The notes below the pieces were generated by a model, which was not told where the DNA came from, searched no databases, and saw only the letters and a list, made by a program, of their open reading frames with translations. A stretch of DNA of 64,000 nucleotides, taken from assembly GCA_028534125.1 (NCBI GenBank), contig CM052818.1, forward strand, positions 22,260,001 through 22,324,000. The letters are read 5' to 3'. Positions 1-12,747 of this stretch are shown piece by piece (the first letter of the stretch is position 1; the number at the start of each line of letters is the position of its first letter). Origin of the DNA: Lama glama (lineage: Eukaryota). The position numbers were made by a program, and so were the translations under genes.

Positions 1-2149
1 AGGCCCACGGATGGAACCCCACATGCTCACCCTGAAGAGGTGAGGACTCTGCGACCTGGAGGAGCCGGTTGAGGGGTCAGGCAGGGGGCTGGCCTTCCGA
101 AGCCCCCTCCTCGGGCTCCTTGCCCTCTCCAGTGCCAGCTCTCCCTCCATCCTTCCTCCTCCAGCTTCAGCCAGGGTTTGCCCCCTAATTCAGGTGGCCT
201 CCTCTCTTTCCCCGTTTCTGTGTATAAGATTCATAAAGTTTCTGATACCAACAGTTGCTTTAGTTGATGCAGGATAAGAAAGAGAATCCAGTTAACGAAG
301 AATTTTAAGGCGCTCTAGACCTTAAACCCATTGTCAGAATTTAAGTTCACAAAGGATGACTTCTTGGTAGAAACTTTTTTTTAAGCTATAATTGACATGT
401 TTGTGGCATTTTATGGTAAAAACTTTCTTATGGAAAAAAACATAAAATTTAAGAAAGAAAGAGACATACAGAGCAGGAGAGAGAAGCAAGCACACTTGCC
501 CTCACACTTGTGAGCGATGAGTGGTTCTTCTCCTTGGAGTTCTGGCCCCAAGGAGTTCTGATCCCTCCCTCCCACCACGCCCCTCAGCCGCAAAAACTCC
601 TATCTAACTAATGCTCATTCTGCCAAATACAGATGTTTCGTGGTGACGCATTAAGTCCCACCTTCTCTGCAATGCCCCTGCCCTCCAGGGTCTCCCCTTT
701 CTCTGAGCCCCTGCAGCATTTGGTTATAAAGAGCCCTTGATTTTTCTATTCTTTTATTATTTTCTCTTTCATATACTTGACTGAGTTTTATCTTCCCAGC
801 TAGCCCATGGGCTTAGAGTCTGTCTCCTATTGGTACACAGTGGGTGCTCAATTGGTGTTGACGGGCTGATCTTCCACCACCGTAGACCTCATATCAGTCC
901 TGAGGACCCTAAGGAGCTTAGGGTACCCTCTGAAACAGGAAAGCCCCAAAACAGGCATACTGACCCTCCATGCTAGAACAGACTGGGGGCAAACAGGAGA
1001 GGCTGTTCTCCTGAGTGACGTGCCATGGGATGAGAGTTAGCAGCGCTGCTGTACCGTTTGGCCCTTTCTGGCTCTTACCTCTCAGGTGTGAGCCTCAGGC
1101 TGCGGGGGCTGCGGGCCTGGGGAAACCAGGACACCCTGCAGGAGACCCTGTGCTCCGCGTGAGGACCTGTGGAGACTCTGGAATAACGATGGACCTTAGC
1201 AGGGAGGTGGGAGAGTGGACATGGGAGCGGATGTAGAAAAACTGAGACTCAGAGGTCAGAGAAGGGACAGGAGGCAGGTGGCATTGTGGGGCCCAGTCGG
1301 AACAGTCCTGTAGCCCAGGGCAAGGTAATGAAGAAGAAAAGAGACAATACTGCTCTATTTTCCCAAAAATGTGTCCCCCCCTGCCACCCACACACTCACA
1401 CCACCCCTCACACACATACACACACGCCCCATCATCACCACACAGAGCCCGGGAGCCAGTGTTAGAGTGTGAATGCACCTCACACGCTCCAGCCCTTGAG
1501 GAAGCAGGTGAGGGAGGTCGGGTCACTGTGACATTGCACAGCGGCCCCACAGTGACCTCCCAGTCAGCAAAGCCCCAGGCCTGTGGGACTTGGTGCTGAG
1601 TCACAGATGGTTCCACCCCCAGCACCTCTAGAGCTGCCCAACACGTCCTCCTGCCCACCCAGCCCCGTGCTCTTCCTGATTCCTGCAAGTTCACAGGGTT
1701 AGGTCCTGGGAAAAACATCCTCCGAGTGTGGCCTCCCTTCTCCCCCTGCTCTCCAATAGCTTCTTTCCTAATCTCCTCAGATAACCTGTCTCCAAAGTGT
1801 CTTTTCTGTCCTGGTACGAGAATCTGGCCCCAGACTCCATTTTAGACAGCCTTTAAGCTCCATCAGTGTAATTTCATATGTATGTACCAAGTACCTTTTT
1901 CTGGAGAAGAATGACCACCATGCTAGAATGTACCCTCATACCTACCCCTAGGCCTGACCTAAATTCCCTTGGGAACAAGCTAAACTTACTTACCTCTCTC
2001 ATTTCTTTGTGCCTATTTTTAAATCTTAAACTGTTTTCTCACTCCTCTCTCACTCCTACCTAGATAAACCACAGCTTTTTCTTTTACTATTTAAGCAGAA
2101 GATGAAAAGTGGTGACATCAGGCAGATTCATTCATTCATTCAACAGATA

Positions 2150-2700
2150 TTTACAAAGTGCCCGTCCACAAGGCTTGTTTCATGTGCTGGTCCAAGCCGC
2201 CCTCATCTCTCATCTGGACTTCTCTGAAAACCTCCAGCCTGGTCTTCCTGCCTCTGCTCCTGTCTGCCTGCAACTCATTGTCCCTGTGACTATTAAACGG
2301 CCCTTCTTAGGGAAGAGATCAGATGATGCTGCTCCCCTGCTCAGAACTCTCCCTTGGCATCCCTTCTTTCTCAGAATAAAACCCAACTCCTAAGTAACAG
2401 GCAAAGCCCTCCCTGACCTCACCCCTGCCTCTCTCTCCAGCCTCATCTGCTACACCCCCTCCCTGTCTCTGTCTCAGCCCCAGCACTCCAGCTTCTCTGG
2501 GGTTCCGGAGCTCGCTAAAGTCATTCCAGCCTCCGGTCTCTGCACTAGCTATGCTGCTGCTTGAACTGGTCTCCCAGGTCCCTCTCTTGTCAGTTTCATC
2601 TCAGCTTCAGTGTCATCTCCACAGACACCTTGGCCACCCAGTAGCCCTTCCATCATTTGCTGTTACTTTACCCTGTTGGTTTCATTCTCTGTACCTTCTA
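2150..2700 (+). mobile_element. LINE2 3' fragment
   Basis: L2-type text (tccaagccgccctcatctctcatctggac...gctcccctgctcagaactct...agaataaaacccaactcc). An adjacent (ATTC)n L2 tail in the opposite orientation lies at ~2125-2160. Confidence 0.65.
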
Positions 2701-2760
2701 GATGGATTCATTCAGCACTGGTCAGGGGACTAGGATCAGTGCTGAATGATCCATCTAGAA
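2696..2760. repeat. Near-perfect inverted repeat (27-28 nt arms, 10-nt loop)
   Basis: TTCTAGATGGATTCATTCAGCACTGGTC / GATCAGTGCTGAATGATCCATCTAGAA, with one bulged T and one G-T pair. Confidence 0.95.
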
Positions 2761-5474
2761 AGTGAAGGTTGGTGGCCGTAGCCCTGAGAATGGGGGCCCC
2801 CTCCTCCTGGGTTCCTTATCTGGGTGTCTCTTCCCCACTCTGTAGGCAAGGGTGGGGTCAGGGGAAGGAGAACCTTTCCCGCTGAAGGCTCCTGCTGCAT
2901 TTTACCTCTTTAGATGCTCACAGCCACTCCATGAGATATTGTACTGTCAACTCCATTTTAAATGTGGATAACCTAAAATTTAGAGAGTGGAAGTAATGGA
3001 CCCCAGGTCCCATGGAAAATATGCCTCAAGTCAGAACTGGAGCTCAGGTTCCTGCGGTGACAGAGGCTTGGCACTTTTAGCACCTCTTCTAAGACAGGAA
3101 AAGGAGTCTAAAGCCAGCCTCTAGGTTTGGAACCTGGGAGTTAATAGAAAGGGGACATTGGAGGTCTTCTAAACTCACTGCTGTGTTTGAAAGGAAGACA
3201 CCGGAATCATAACCCAAGAAAATGGATTGGGAACCCAGGAGCTCAGATACACAGAGCTTGTCCTGGGGACATGCAGCGGCCAGGGCGATTGCAGCCAGAG
3301 ATGGCAGAAGGGTCTTTGAAGGCTGAATGTGTCCCCATTTCTCATTCCTTCCCAGAGGAGGGGAAGCACACGACCTGAGGGCTTTAGACTAATTACAGGT
3401 GTGGAAACTGCAGGCCAGGGAAGGTAAATGATTTCCCTGGTGTCACATAATTAGCGGGGAAATGAGGTCTAAAACACAGACCCCTTGAGACAGAACAGCA
3501 CTTCTCCCTACTGCTCCCCAAGCCTGAATTTACAGAAAGAAAGTGAGAGAAAGGTAGAGTGCCCACTGAGAATAATCCAGACTTCTGGGTCAGAGAGAAC
3601 CCATCGAGGGGAAGAGTGGTTCTGTGGGGTAAGGCAGAGGAAATGGAAGATTCCTTGAAGCGAGGACTTGGAGGAACTCCAGCATCACAGGGGAAGAACA
3701 GAGTGTTCTGTGAAACCAGGCATCTCCCGGCAATAAAACCACACCCTGCAGTCAGCCTTGAGATTCCGCGGCCTTGCTCCCCCTGGGCCTTCTCCCAGGG
3801 CCATCTGGATATTCATCTGTATTGTCAGTAGGGTTCCGGAGGAGAAAGCACAAGAGGTTAGGAATTACAGTCCTCACTCCCAAGAAGACCTCTGGCATTG
3901 CCCAAGTGGAGGGCGAGGGGCGATGGCTGCTGAAGGAAGGCAGCTGAGCAGGAATCGCCCTTCCTATCAGTTGCTGCCCCAGGAAGCCTGAGCCCCTGAC
4001 GTTCACCTGCATCTCAGCCAGCGTCACCGGCCGCCGACCCACATGATGTGCAGAAGCAGATACAAACTAATGCTCCCATCTTAAACCCAGGAGCAGGTGG
4101 CTACTGTCACAGAGTACCCAGGCTGGGCCTGGTTGCTAGGGTGATGGGGCTGTTTCCACGGCCTCCCAGTGACTAAGCCTCAGAGAGACAACAGGCTCCT
4201 CTGGAGGAAATGAGGGTCATCTTTGCAGCATTTTGCCTCCCCAGTTGCTGCTCCTGAAAGCAGGCTCCCTGGGCCCAAGTTGACAGCCTCACGGATGACA
4301 ATGAGCCCACAGTCTGGGGTCCAGGGCACCTGGTCCTGATGTGGCTGCGAGGTTTCAGTGATCCTCATTCTCCTGCCCATGGCCTCAACTCGCCTCTTTT
4401 GTGCTTTCCTTTCCGACCTCAGGAGCCTCCACTTTCTTCCATGGGGCTGTGGTGGGATGCGGTGTCAGGATGCAGGATTCCTCTCTGCACTAGTGCTAGC
4501 GGTCTTCCTTTTTGAACCTAAGCCAGTTTCAAGAGTTACGGTCACTTCTTTGTCAGGAATAACTAGAGGTGGGCCCCCATCCCCATTCACCCCTGGGCTG
4601 GTTAGGGTGACAGCAGCATCCACCAGCACCCCCAGCTTCAGGCCAGACTCAGAGTGCCCGTCCTGAGCACTCCCTCCGTCCACACCTGTCATCGGCCCTG
4701 ACCCAGGCCCTTCCCACCTAGTTCACTCATCTGCAGACTCACCAGAGGACTGATCTTCCTCCAGCCCCAGCAACCAAATGATTGTCAAACCCAGATGGTC
4801 ACAACATAGTCCTGTGGAGAAGTCACATCCGGCCCCCCGTAGGAGCCCCTCATACTTCAGCATCCTGCTGTTACCCCAGGAGACGTGACGGTTGATGACA
4901 GAGACCTGTTAAGCCCTTGTCCTGCCTACAAAACCCTCCAGCTCTGTTCTCCAGTCTCTCAGTGTGATCGCCTGGGCTCCCTCCTTCCCACTGCTCTGCT
5001 TTGATTACAAGAATCCACAGAGCAGGAGCTGCTGTAGACGGAACAGAACGGGAGGTGACTCTGCTGGTGACAAGGCATCTTGGAGTATTTTTATCTCAGC
5101 ACATAGGGTGTGTACCTTTAGATAAATGTGTAGGTTTTTGTGTTATAAATCTGTCTGCCTTTTCAGGGTGGCTCTCTGTAGAGAGTACACAGAATCAGTC
5201 TGGCTGGTAATGTGTAGATGAGTATTGGGAGGAGAGTGGGATTTTAGGAGACATACTCTGGCCAGTTCACTGACATATGAGGACTGACATATGAGGAAGG
5301 TCTGTCTCTTTCAATGTCTAAATGAGGAACTCCTCATTGTAGTTCAGTAACTCAGCTTTTCAAGAGTGATTTCTCGTGAGGCTCATCCACAGGGGCAAAG
5401 GCGGAGAGCATCAGGTGAGAATCTGAGCAAACATTGGCCTTGACAGCAGGTTGCCTCCTCTGCCTCTGCCTCCC

Positions 5475-5530
5475 TCTGTCTCTCACACACACACACGCAC
5501 GCACACACACGTACACGCACGCACGCACAT
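5475..5530. repeat. (CT)/(CA)/(CACG) compound microsatellite
   Basis: ctctcacacacacacacgcacgcacacacacgtacacgcacgcacgcaca. Confidence 0.9.
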
Positions 5531-8500
5531 TCTGTCTCCCTCTCCCCTTCCCCCACCTCCAGCTGAAGTACTCAAGTTACTGGAGTACAATTAGGGATCT
5601 TAGTTTGGGGCATATCTTGAAATTGACTTTCTAAAGTGTTTTCTCACGGTTTCAAGTGTGAAATAACTGGCGTTTTAGCCCGAGTATAGATTTGGCACCT
5701 GTAACAGACCCAAATGAAAAGTGGCCAAGGCAAATTAGGGGCTTCTTTCTCCCTCCTCACCTGAAGGCTCAGTGGACTGCTGTGGTGGGCAGACCGCCAG
5801 GGACCCACGCCTTCTTTCCTGGTGCTCTGCCGTTTGCACTGGGCGCCATGCCTCTCACGGTCCGAGGGGGCAGTTCTGGCTCCCACTGCCACATCCACCG
5901 TCCAGGGAGCAGGAGGCGGGAGGGAAAGGCCCACCTGGGAGTTCCGTCCGCCACTTGCAGGGGCGTCTCATTGGCCAGGACTGAGCGGTGTGCCTGTGGC
6001 TCAGCGTAGGAGGCTGTGACGTGTGTGCAGTTAGAAAGTGTGTTTCTGTGGAAGGAGGGAGGAGTTGATTTGGGGAGATAGGACCTTCACGTCTCGCCAT
6101 TCCCCATCTTTCTGTTTTCATACAGGTGCTAATTACTGAGTTCCTGGAAAGTTCTGGCCATTTCCTAACAGCTAGGGACACCGCGTTAAGTAAGGTAGAG
6201 CCTCCGGCCTTAAACTGTTGGGCGTCTCCCCTCTCGGGTGTTATTCTACCTAAAAGCAACAGGTCTCCCTTTGCTTGCATCCAAATTATTTTTTTTTAGC
6301 AACTCTACTTGGCCAGTTTTATAAGAAAATGAGGTCATCAATAATTAACAAAAAGAATTTTAATCTAAATGTTCTCACTGGCTTGATAAGTTGAGTTGCT
6401 TATCTCTATTACATTTCTTAGGAACTTCAAACAAACTTTATTCGGAAACAAGACTGCCAGCCTTACAATTGTATTTCCCCATAGCTAGAATTTTCTAGAA
6501 AGATACCTCTTTAATGGGGAAACCACACTTAGAAGAGACTGAAGAATGGGTAAATGGAGAAGAGAGTCCCAAAGTCACCTCCGGACTTGCACCCTGCCCG
6601 TTCCCTCTCTGCTGTTGCCCGTGTCGGCCTCGTGCCTGCTGTGTCCTCACTGACGGCAGGAGCGGTCCTGGCCCTCCACAGTCCAGCCGCAGGCCCTCCT
6701 TTCCCGCAGAGCCTTCCAGGCCTTTGTATTCTCTCATGGTCACATACTGTTAAGGTCTTATACTGTTTCTTGGTTATGGTCCCACCCACACCATGAGCTT
6801 TTTCAGGGCAGGAGCCTCCTTCACCCCTAAGCTGGGCTTGTAAAATCCTTGAGGAGCTCATGTCAGGCTGACATACTGTCCGGAAGCATGGGGGGTTTTG
6901 ATGGAGATGGATGTGGACACGAGGTTTGAGGTGGGCAGCTCCCCTTGGGTCGGAGTGTCCTGCTCAGCCGGAGCGAGTCCAAGAGTCCTCGGAGAGGCAG
7001 CGCTGGGCCTTTAGACTGGAATGGGTTGGCAGGGGCTCCAAGCAATCTGGTCCTATTATACCAGAAAATGAAATTGTCTTCATCTTTTGAAAAGCCAGTC
7101 ATGGAACATAGTGGTTCTGCTTCAAAGTTGCAAGTGTGTTAATTTTTTTCAAAAGTAAAAGAAAAATCAGATTCCTGCCCTCCCCTCTTTCTTAATCTGT
7201 TCCAAATGAGAGCTTTGAGGAGGAAAACTCCCAGAACCTACTCTGTTAAGCAAATTGATTTCTGCTGTGGAGTGGGGCTGAGCTGGGGAAGGGAGTTAGG
7301 AAAATATATGGAACCTGACATAAAAGATTCGGTGTGTGTTTGGAAAAGGGTTCAGGTTGTTTGCAGGTTTTGAGTTACAGCCTGGGTGCGTTTGAAGAAA
7401 CAGAACTGAGTGGCACCTCGACCCACACAGCCTTGCAGGCCTTTCCTGCAGCTCCTCCTGCCTCAGCCGGAACCTGTTCAAGATGCCTTGCTTGGCAGGC
7501 TGGCCGGGAAACCTTCCTTCATAAATAACTCGCTGGGGGAGACAGGAGTGATAACAGACCTCAAGTGGGAGCTAAACTGCCTTAAGCACTTAGGAAAGGC
7601 CATGTGTAAGTCTGGCCTTGGAACTCTCCTTGCCAAGGCACGTGAGCACTCTTCAAATCTTCAGTTTGGTTACTCTCATTTTATTATTTCTCTGACCTCT
7701 CTAACCAGCAGGGTGATGGAGGCTCTGATTGTGAGCCCTGTTTTTGTTTTTCACACTCTATTTTTATATTTTGAAACTGTGGTATTAAAATATACACTCA
7801 GAAATGTTGGCTCTGCACCCACAAAACCCAGGAGGCCATCCAGATGCAGTGACAGAACTGCTCCCAGCAGCGCCCCACCCCTACCCCTGCCTTTCAGGGA
7901 GGGACTGGATGGGAGGGTGGGGATGGGGTGTCCAACCATTAGCAGAATTCCAGCCAAGTATTTTGGATTTGACTCTGAGAAATTGGCAGAAATATTTTTC
8001 TGGTGGCTCCCTGAAAATACTATGAGGGATCAGAACCCTTAGAAGAAGTCCCAGTTTCAGACAAAAGTTTCCTTCATCTCCACGTGTACAGTTCTCCTGA
8101 CCCCCATCTTCTTCACCGTCCCTGCAGGAGGTGTGTGCAGCGTGGCACTTAGGTAAAAACAATACCAGCAAAGCAGCCTTGTTTGTGTCACGCACCACCG
8201 TTTGCTGGAAATGGTTGTCACGTTCATGTTGCTGTAGAGCTCAAAGAATGGGCACAAGAAGCCTTCCCAGGTGCCGGCCTCCCCAAATTCTGCTCCAGCC
8301 AATTCCAGCCCCTCCCTCCTTCCTCTTGCCATCTGTTCTTCCCCAGGCTCCTCCCTGCCCTTTGCTTCCTCCAACCAGAATAGATCTAGGAATCTCCTGA
8401 CGTTGTTTCCACCTTGGCTACAAGCAGTGCCGGGTCTTTTTGAACAGACTTGTCCATAAATCTTAGCTTGTTTTTCATCTTTGAAAAAGCCGATTCTATC

Positions 8501-8929
8501 AGCAAGTCATTATTCACATGTAAGGGGCAGGGAAAAGTTCACTGCGTTTCAAACTTCAATCTCTTTTCACTCCAGTTTACAACATCCACTCCCCAGAAAC
8601 CACAGAAATTTTTAAAAAATCAGTCCCAGTAGGCGAGGTGCCCTGTGACATAGCCTGCTGGAACCAGGGCCAGCCACCTGGGTGTGGGGGAGGGCAGGGG
8701 GATGGGAAAGTGAGGGTAGGTTGATCTTGATTGGAGCTGGCTGGCTCTAACCTATGGGGGAAAATAATTTCAGATTCTCAGAGAACTAAGATCCGATGGT
8801 TCTCACTTTAGAATGGTGGATTTGGTGGGTGGGGGAGATTTGGGGAGGCAGGCGATATTTATAATGAAAGGCTTAACTTAGCCATTACTATAAATTACAA
8901 ATAGAGAATACAATATAATATAACTAACG

Positions 8930-9500
8930 GGCTAGGATATACTTCACATCCGTGTTACCCCAGCTAAAGGAGAGGTGAAGGGAGGGTGAACTTGGAGCAG
9001 ATGGGAGGAGAACGGAGGAAGGGGGCATGGGGGCAGAGAAACCGGTTCCCAATCAAGGACCTGGCTCTTTCTGTCTACTCTGTCATCCTCAGCATGTTGG
9101 CTTTTGACCTCGTGTTCGTTCCCATGGTTACAAGATGGTGTGTGTACCTTCAGAGATCACCTCAACATTCTGAGTCTCATTCAGAAGGGGCAAGAACATA
9201 CAGTTTTCTTATCACAAGGTTCTTTTTTTATCCAGGAAGGAAAAAAGGCCCTCTGCCCCCCAGGAGATATCTCTGTATGTCTCCTTGGCTAGTTCTGGAT
9301 ACATGGCCATCATGGCTCTGAAAGTAGGCTGAGAGAGGAAGAATCATGCGAAAGAGATTGAGATGGGGCTTGACACATCACCTGGAGCTGGGTGCATCAC
9401 CACGATAAAATTGGACTTTTGTTAGCAAGGAAGAAGGGGGGTGGCTGTTGAGTGGGCTGCTAGGTGAGGACTTGGTGTGTCCCCAGGCAGTGCTGTGACA
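8930..9500. mobile_element. Old MaLR (MLT1-like) LTR fragment
   Basis: MLT1-type phrases (caaggacctggctctttctgtc...ccatggttacaagatgg...acatggcc). Subfamily and ends uncertain. Confidence 0.5.
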
Positions 9501-9689
9501 CATCAGGGAACTCCAAGCAGTCCAGCATAAGAGAATGTGAGTGGGATGGGGGAAGAACAAGAGCTAAAGCTAGGGAGGTGAAGGCCGAGAAGGCCCTGCT
9601 GCTGCTTGCTCTCCGTGTGGGGGAAGGAGGAAACTGAGGCGATCACTAACATCACCCGGAAGAGGGGAGGGGTGTCAGTGCCGTCTGAA

Positions 9690-9855
9690 GCAGTAATTTT
9701 CACACTCCACGGTGTACACACAGATCACCTGAGGATCTTGTGAAAATGAGCTTCTGAGTCAGCAGGTCTGGGGAGGGCATGAGATTCTGCACATCTTACA
9801 GACACTAAGAGGACGTTGATGATGTGACTGGAGACCATGCTCAGAGCTGCAAGAC
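9690..9855. mobile_element. MER5-type hAT-Charlie DNA transposon remnant
   Basis: cagatcacctgaggatcttgtgaaaatg...tctgagtcagcaggtctggggagggcatgagattctgca matches recalled MER5A/B text. Confidence 0.6.
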
Positions 9856-10104
9856 CCAGAGCGTCTCTCTTGCAAGCAAATGTTCAGATGTGTTGGTTAA
9901 GCATTTTAACATGACTACTAATATAACTGAAATAAGAATTGAGACTCAGATCATTAAAGGGAAAAAGACAATTACTCTGAGACTGAGTCCGTCCCCCACC
10001 AAAGGGCAAAATCTGATGTATTTTTTAGAAATCCTGATGTCTACATGCAACAGAAAAGCCACACCAACCGTGGTTGGAACACAGTGGATGCTCCTCTCTC
10101 TCCC

Positions 10105-10460
10105 AGGTTAAAGCAGTCCTTGTGGAGCAGTCCAGGCTAACTGGTGGCTCTGTCATGGGGACCCAGGCCCCAGGCTTTCTCTGTCTTTCTGCCTTCCTCT
10201 CCTGGCCTACGACTTCCATCCTCAAGGTCATCTCTTGGTCCCAGGTGGCTGCTGGAAGCCTCAGCCTTCCCATCCTACTTGCAGGTGATTACGAAGAGCA
10301 ACAAAGAGCTTGTGCCCCGTCCCAAAGCTCCATAAAACACGTCAGTGTACCTCTTGTTGGCTACAGCTTGATAACGTGGCTATATTTAGCAGCAAGATGT
10401 GCAGAGAAATGCGTTCTTTTGGCCTGGGCATCTTACCTAGATTTCTTTTACCGAGGAAGA
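10105..10460. mobile_element. Old MaLR (MLT1-like) LTR fragment
   Basis: gcagtccaggct...ggacccaggc...cctcaaggtcatctcttggtccca...agcaagatgtgcagagaaatg resembles MLT1J-class consensus. Confidence 0.5.
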
Positions 10461-10489
10461 AGGAAGTACCTCTAACCATGTCACTTTGA

Positions 10490-12060
10490 TACAGGAGATG
10501 CACCTGAAAAGGCACAGAATGGTTGAAAGTAAAGGAATAAATGAAAGAATTTCAGGCAAATGGCAACAAGGCTAAAGCAGAGGTGGCAACAGCAGTACTG
10601 GGCAAACTAAAAGTTTGACAAAACGTAGGAAGATGGACAGAAAGGGACACATTGGATAAATGAGAAAAAGTATAATCTACAAAGAAGATGTAACAGACAT
10701 AAGCCTTTACATATCAAAGTAGCATCAAAATACAACAGCCCCCCACCAAAAGAAATATTAGGCGGAAAAAATTGTTAAAATTACAACCAAAGTAGGATAC
10801 TTTAACCTTCCTTTCTCCAAAGTGATAAGGTCAAGCAGATTAAACATAAATAAGGTTATAAAGGATTTGAAGGCCGTATTTTAAAGCTTGGATAGGTTTA
10901 CCCTTGTACTCTGCAAACTGAAAATAAGCACCCATTTCACATAGCTACATCATGTTTACAAAAGTTGATTATATTTGAGTCATCAAGAAAATCTCAATTC
11001 CATAAGGTAGGAACCTTTCTAGGCCACATTCTGACCAAATTGCAGGCAAACTAGAAATTTAAAATAAAAATATAACAACAAAATACTACTTGGCTATTTA
11101 TACACACTCTTTTAAACAAGCTATGCAGATGACAGAACAATAATTAAAAACTCTTTTGAGGCCCAAACAGATGAAAACTCTATCAGGATTTAAGTAGACG
11201 AACCTCTCCTCAGAGGAAATACTTTGCAATGGTTTATGGTTGTTTTTTGTGGCGGGGGGGGTGGTAATCAGGTTTATTTATTCATTTGTTTTTTGTAATG
11301 GAGGTAGTGGGGCTTGAACCCAGGACCTCGTGCATGCTAAGCACACACTACCACTGAACTATTCCCCACCCCACCCCAATTAAATAATTTTAGACAATTA
11401 AATTTTTATCCATAGCATACAAAGAAGTCTTTGAAAATCAATAAAGATAATAGAGAAAGAGGCAAAAGTTAAAAATCAAGCACTTTGTGGAAGAAAAAAT
11501 AGCCATGAGTAAGTACACATATGAAAAAAATGCTCACCCTGGCTAATAATAAAAAAATGCCAACTGGGACAGTGACGCCCTGGCATTTTCCCCGTATCTT
11601 ACTGGCAAAGGATAAAAAAGGTGGCTCTTACCCAGGATTGCGAAGGCTGGGAAAGAAGAGGCATGATCTTAGCTGGTGAGACTGTAAAGTGGTGCATTTT
11701 TAGAGGGAGTTTAATGCTATCTACAGAAATATAAATGTACATGTAAAGCAGTTGACCCAGTAATTCTACTTGTAGGCCTTTATCCTATAGAAATAATGTG
11801 CACAAGTGCAAAGATGTATGTACAAGTTTATTCCTTTCAAAGTTGTTTATAGCCGGAAAAGAAGGAGCAACTTAAATGTCTATCAAAAGATTAGTTAAAT
11901 GAACTTTGATGTATCCACATACCATAGGCAGTTAAAAATAATGTAGTAAATCTATCTGGACTGATAGGCAAACTGTTCATGGTATATCATTACCTAAAAA
12001 AAGCAAGTAGCAGAACAGAATATACAGAATGATCCCACTTATAAATAATAATAACTTTAT
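10490..12060 (+). mobile_element. Ancient LINE1 fragments (ORF2 endonuclease region and 3' end), interrupted by a SINE
   Basis: A-rich; degenerate ORF2-endonuclease-like sequence at 10490-10620 and L1M 3' text (gacccagtaattctacttgtagg...) at 11500-12060. Confidence 0.7.
11240..11372 (-). mobile_element. tRNA-derived SINE (camelid Vic-type)
   Basis: Minus strand reads ggggaatagttcagtggtag...cacgaggtcctgggttcaagcccc...ctccatt with an A-rich tail; pol III A/B boxes visible. Confidence 0.85.
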
Positions 12061-12747
12061 ATAAATACATAATTTTTTAAGTCTAGAAGGCCATATATTA
12101 TTAATTATATAGATGGCCACTTGGCCCCTTCTCAAGGGCAGTAGCAATGGCCCCCTGTCAACACTTGTGACCTCTTCAACACGTGCTAGCGAGGTGGACG
12201 TGGAGCTTCCAGCCACGGCAGCTTCACTGCACCTTTTCCCTGAACATGGTGGCCTGGGCTCAGTCACATCACTTGGAAAGTGACAGTGATTCAAACTGAG
12301 ATTAACACTTTTTTAGCACCCTAGATTACGGACTGTGTAATGTTTTGCCTTTACTTGTTCCTTAGTGTTCTGCTAGCTCGCTCTCCACCTTCAGAACCTC
12401 CAGAATCTTTCAGAATCTTCAGAAAGCCCCACACAGGCCATTACCCACAATCCCAAAGTAACCCTGTGTGGCTATCTTTTTAGTCTCTATGACCCGGGGC
12501 AGGGAGAGGGGCCACCAACACAGTCCCAGCAGGAAATAGACAGCTCGAGGAGGAGAAAATTTGAGGGTGGAGGTCCCCCAACACCTGATTCCCATCCTGC
12601 CTGCTAATCTCTGTGCTGCTTCACTCCTCAGTCCCAAAAGTGACCCTCCACTTGATTTCCCACAACCAACCCCCCCACCCCGACTCTCAGTGTAAATATT
12701 AGCCTGGTCATGGAGTCCTGGGCCAAAGAATGGTTTGGCCTCCAGTG

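Noticed and set aside
4465..4692. 75-aa minus-strand ORF with a KRK motif
   Set aside because: Short, no recognisable family and no supporting gene structure.
5855..5970. CTCF-like words (ccgagggggcag, tgcaggggcg)
   Set aside because: The 5' half of the consensus is poorly matched.
7410..8042. 210-aa ORF (similarly the 222-aa ORFs at 48008-48676 and 54102-54770)
   Set aside because: No domain similarity recognised and the composition is typical of non-coding translation.
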